From assembly GCA_051362555.1 (NCBI GenBank), contig CM120644.1, positions 1,744,954 to 1,808,953 of the forward strand: a DNA stretch of 64,000 nt, read 5' to 3'. Under the pieces are notes generated by a model. The model was not told where the DNA came from. It did not search any database and worked only from the letters and a program-made list of their open reading frames with translations. Numbering within the stretch: position 1 is the stretch's first letter; every line of letters starts with the position of its first letter. Positions 61,929-64,000 of this stretch are shown here, in pieces. A program made the translations under genes and the position numbers. Source of the stretch: Lingula anatina. Its lineage: Eukaryota; Animalia; Brachiopoda.

Positions 61929-62807
61929 CAACAACAACAACATTTATCGGGATAATGTTGATGTAATTGACGTTTCTGAAGTACAAATAACAGTTTTATA
62001 TGGCGAAAGGCCTCGATGAATTTGCATAAAGGGGTAAAAATTCTTGATACATTGTGTTTGCTTTTAATTGATTAAAATGTCCAATGACATGACATCTTTC
62101 ACCTTTTTCAAAATGAATTTTATAAGAATGGCAGGATCTTAAGAAAGAACTATCAGAACATGTGGCACTTATTTTGTTAAATGAACCAAAATGTGTACGT
62201 AAAAAAACGTAAATGAAATTCTTGCTGTGATTGTAAAGGTTTAAATGGTCTTTAGGTTTCTGTGTCTTTTAACGGGTTCATTATTGTGAAAGAAAAGAAT
62301 GTTTCAATTTCATTTTGTTGAATATTTTGTTTGCTCGGGTATACCGTAATCACAGATTGTTATGTGTCATGGCTGCCGGGCTGTTGTCAACTCGATACAA
62401 TTTATACACTGTCGCCATCTACTGTAATACTATTATACAGCATGTACTTATATACGCGTGATAATCTTCAAATCAACAGGCGGACTAACTCTGACCCCTT
62501 TGCCACTCCAACAATTGGAGAAAAGACAAACCTAAACAAACGGAACACTATTTTCTACACTAAGTCTACCACTTGCGAAACAATTAATACATGATATTAA
62601 TGGAATTAATAACCAAAACCTTTCTGTAGGCCCTGTGTTATTTACAAAGTTGAAAATAAGGGTGCATATAAATAAGTCTGTTTTGTTGCATCACTGTACA
62701 CTGTACACTTGATAAAGCATCTCAAACGAGATAGGATGAGCTTCTTGGGCCCCATTACCATAGAATAGGGGACTAACTTGTCAAAGGGTCAAATATGGCG
62801 ACCCACT

Positions 62808-62883
<76 letters not shown>

Positions 62884-63570
62884 AACCACAGTTGGAGACA
62901 TTTTTATCGCTTTGAAATTATAAGGTTAGAGAAACAAATGGAACAAAAATGCCGTCCAAAATAAGGTCAAAGACAAGGCGGTGACAGGCAGCCTACGTGG
63001 GACGTAATGACAGAGATAAGATCGGTTGGGTGTATGTTTATCTTTGTAACCCACATGTACAAAAATATCCTCCCAACTCACATGACACAGTCATGTGCGT
63101 AAAACGGACATTTTCCAAGACCTGGGGCTATCTGGCTTTCTAAAATCCAGTCATCTTAGGCTAAGGCCCATCAAACAAGTGAAAATATATATTTATTAAC
63201 AGGTGATCATGAAAGGTGCACTCCATGGGTTTGAAAATCTCGCAAGTGTCTATTTTTGCCTTCCACGGTTTTTCGTAAAAACTTTATATAAACCTTAAAA
63301 TCGATTAAACCCCTTAAACAATTTTTTTGGAGCGTACCTGATGTTAATACTTCTGTGGGAGCTTAAGAAGATGTTCGCTGGTTATAATGACTGGTCGGAA
63401 ATTCTAAACTAAATCAACCTCTATAATATTTTAAAATTAAAATTAAAATTTAAGATCGAATTCAAGTGCAGAGAGGGATTGATATAAGATCCGTGAGTAA
63501 GAGAAAATTGGTTATTTTCCCGGCAAAATCCATTTGGAGGGAAGATCTCAAGGAGTTGCCCTTAAATAAA
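61260..63570 (+). repeat. High-identity copy of the paralogue-1 3' end and downstream spacer
   Basis: Matches ~42405-43519 plus 46467-48190, without the CACTA-like insertion and without ~46880-47540. Confidence 0.85.
62812..62880. repeat. (TA)n microsatellite at a deletion breakpoint relative to the paralogous spacer
   Basis: Truncates a family B MITE; homology resumes at taaaccRcagt. Confidence 0.8.
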
Positions 63571-64000
63571 GGAATTTGTTTCACTTTGTCAGCCTACTAG
63601 CATCCTTACCCCAATTTCGGCAAGATATTTATTTAGGCTCATGTTGTTATTATATATTTGGTTCACATTCAACTATCTTTCGACTTCTTTTCGGCTGTAT
63701 AATTTTGGCACATAACTCATTTGGCTTTTGTTTGTATATATATACATGCATAATAACATGAATATATTTTGGCTTGCATTATTTCGGCTTATGCTATTTT
63801 GGTTTTTATTTTCCATTCTTTTTTCTGGTTGCAATTGTTGGCCTCTTTGCAACCCCACAAATGAAAATATTTGCACTATTTGTTTTGATATTTATTTTTA
63901 AGAGATAACATTACGTAATTTTAACTAATTAACATTATTTAATGCTATATAATATCTAACACCATCCTTTTATAGACGGACTTTTCAATAAAAGTGGCCG

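Overview
AT-rich, intron-containing animal genomic DNA; a marine invertebrate is likely from the repeat families, but that is inference. It holds four spliced host genes: the 3' part of a C10orf67-like coiled-coil gene (+), a convergent NDUFA10-like gene (-), and two tandem 18-exon ACSF2-like acyl-CoA synthetase paralogues (+). Mobile DNA is dense: a satellite-carrying Helentron-type element, several MITEs (some nested), CACTA-like, Tc1 and possibly Kolobok-like DNA elements, and a young intact Gypsy-type LTR retrotransposon. Two things stand out. First, the retrotransposon is a ~1.6-mer head-to-tail insert that starts mid-gag-pol, ends exactly where the primer-binding site would begin, and is flanked by a 2,035-bp direct duplication of host DNA instead of a short TSD. 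Second, tandem repeats in all four genes are built from, or mimic, the genes' own splice sites, giving arrays of up to ~25 decoy acceptors or several decoy donors. Coordinates were read by eye and may be off by a few bases.
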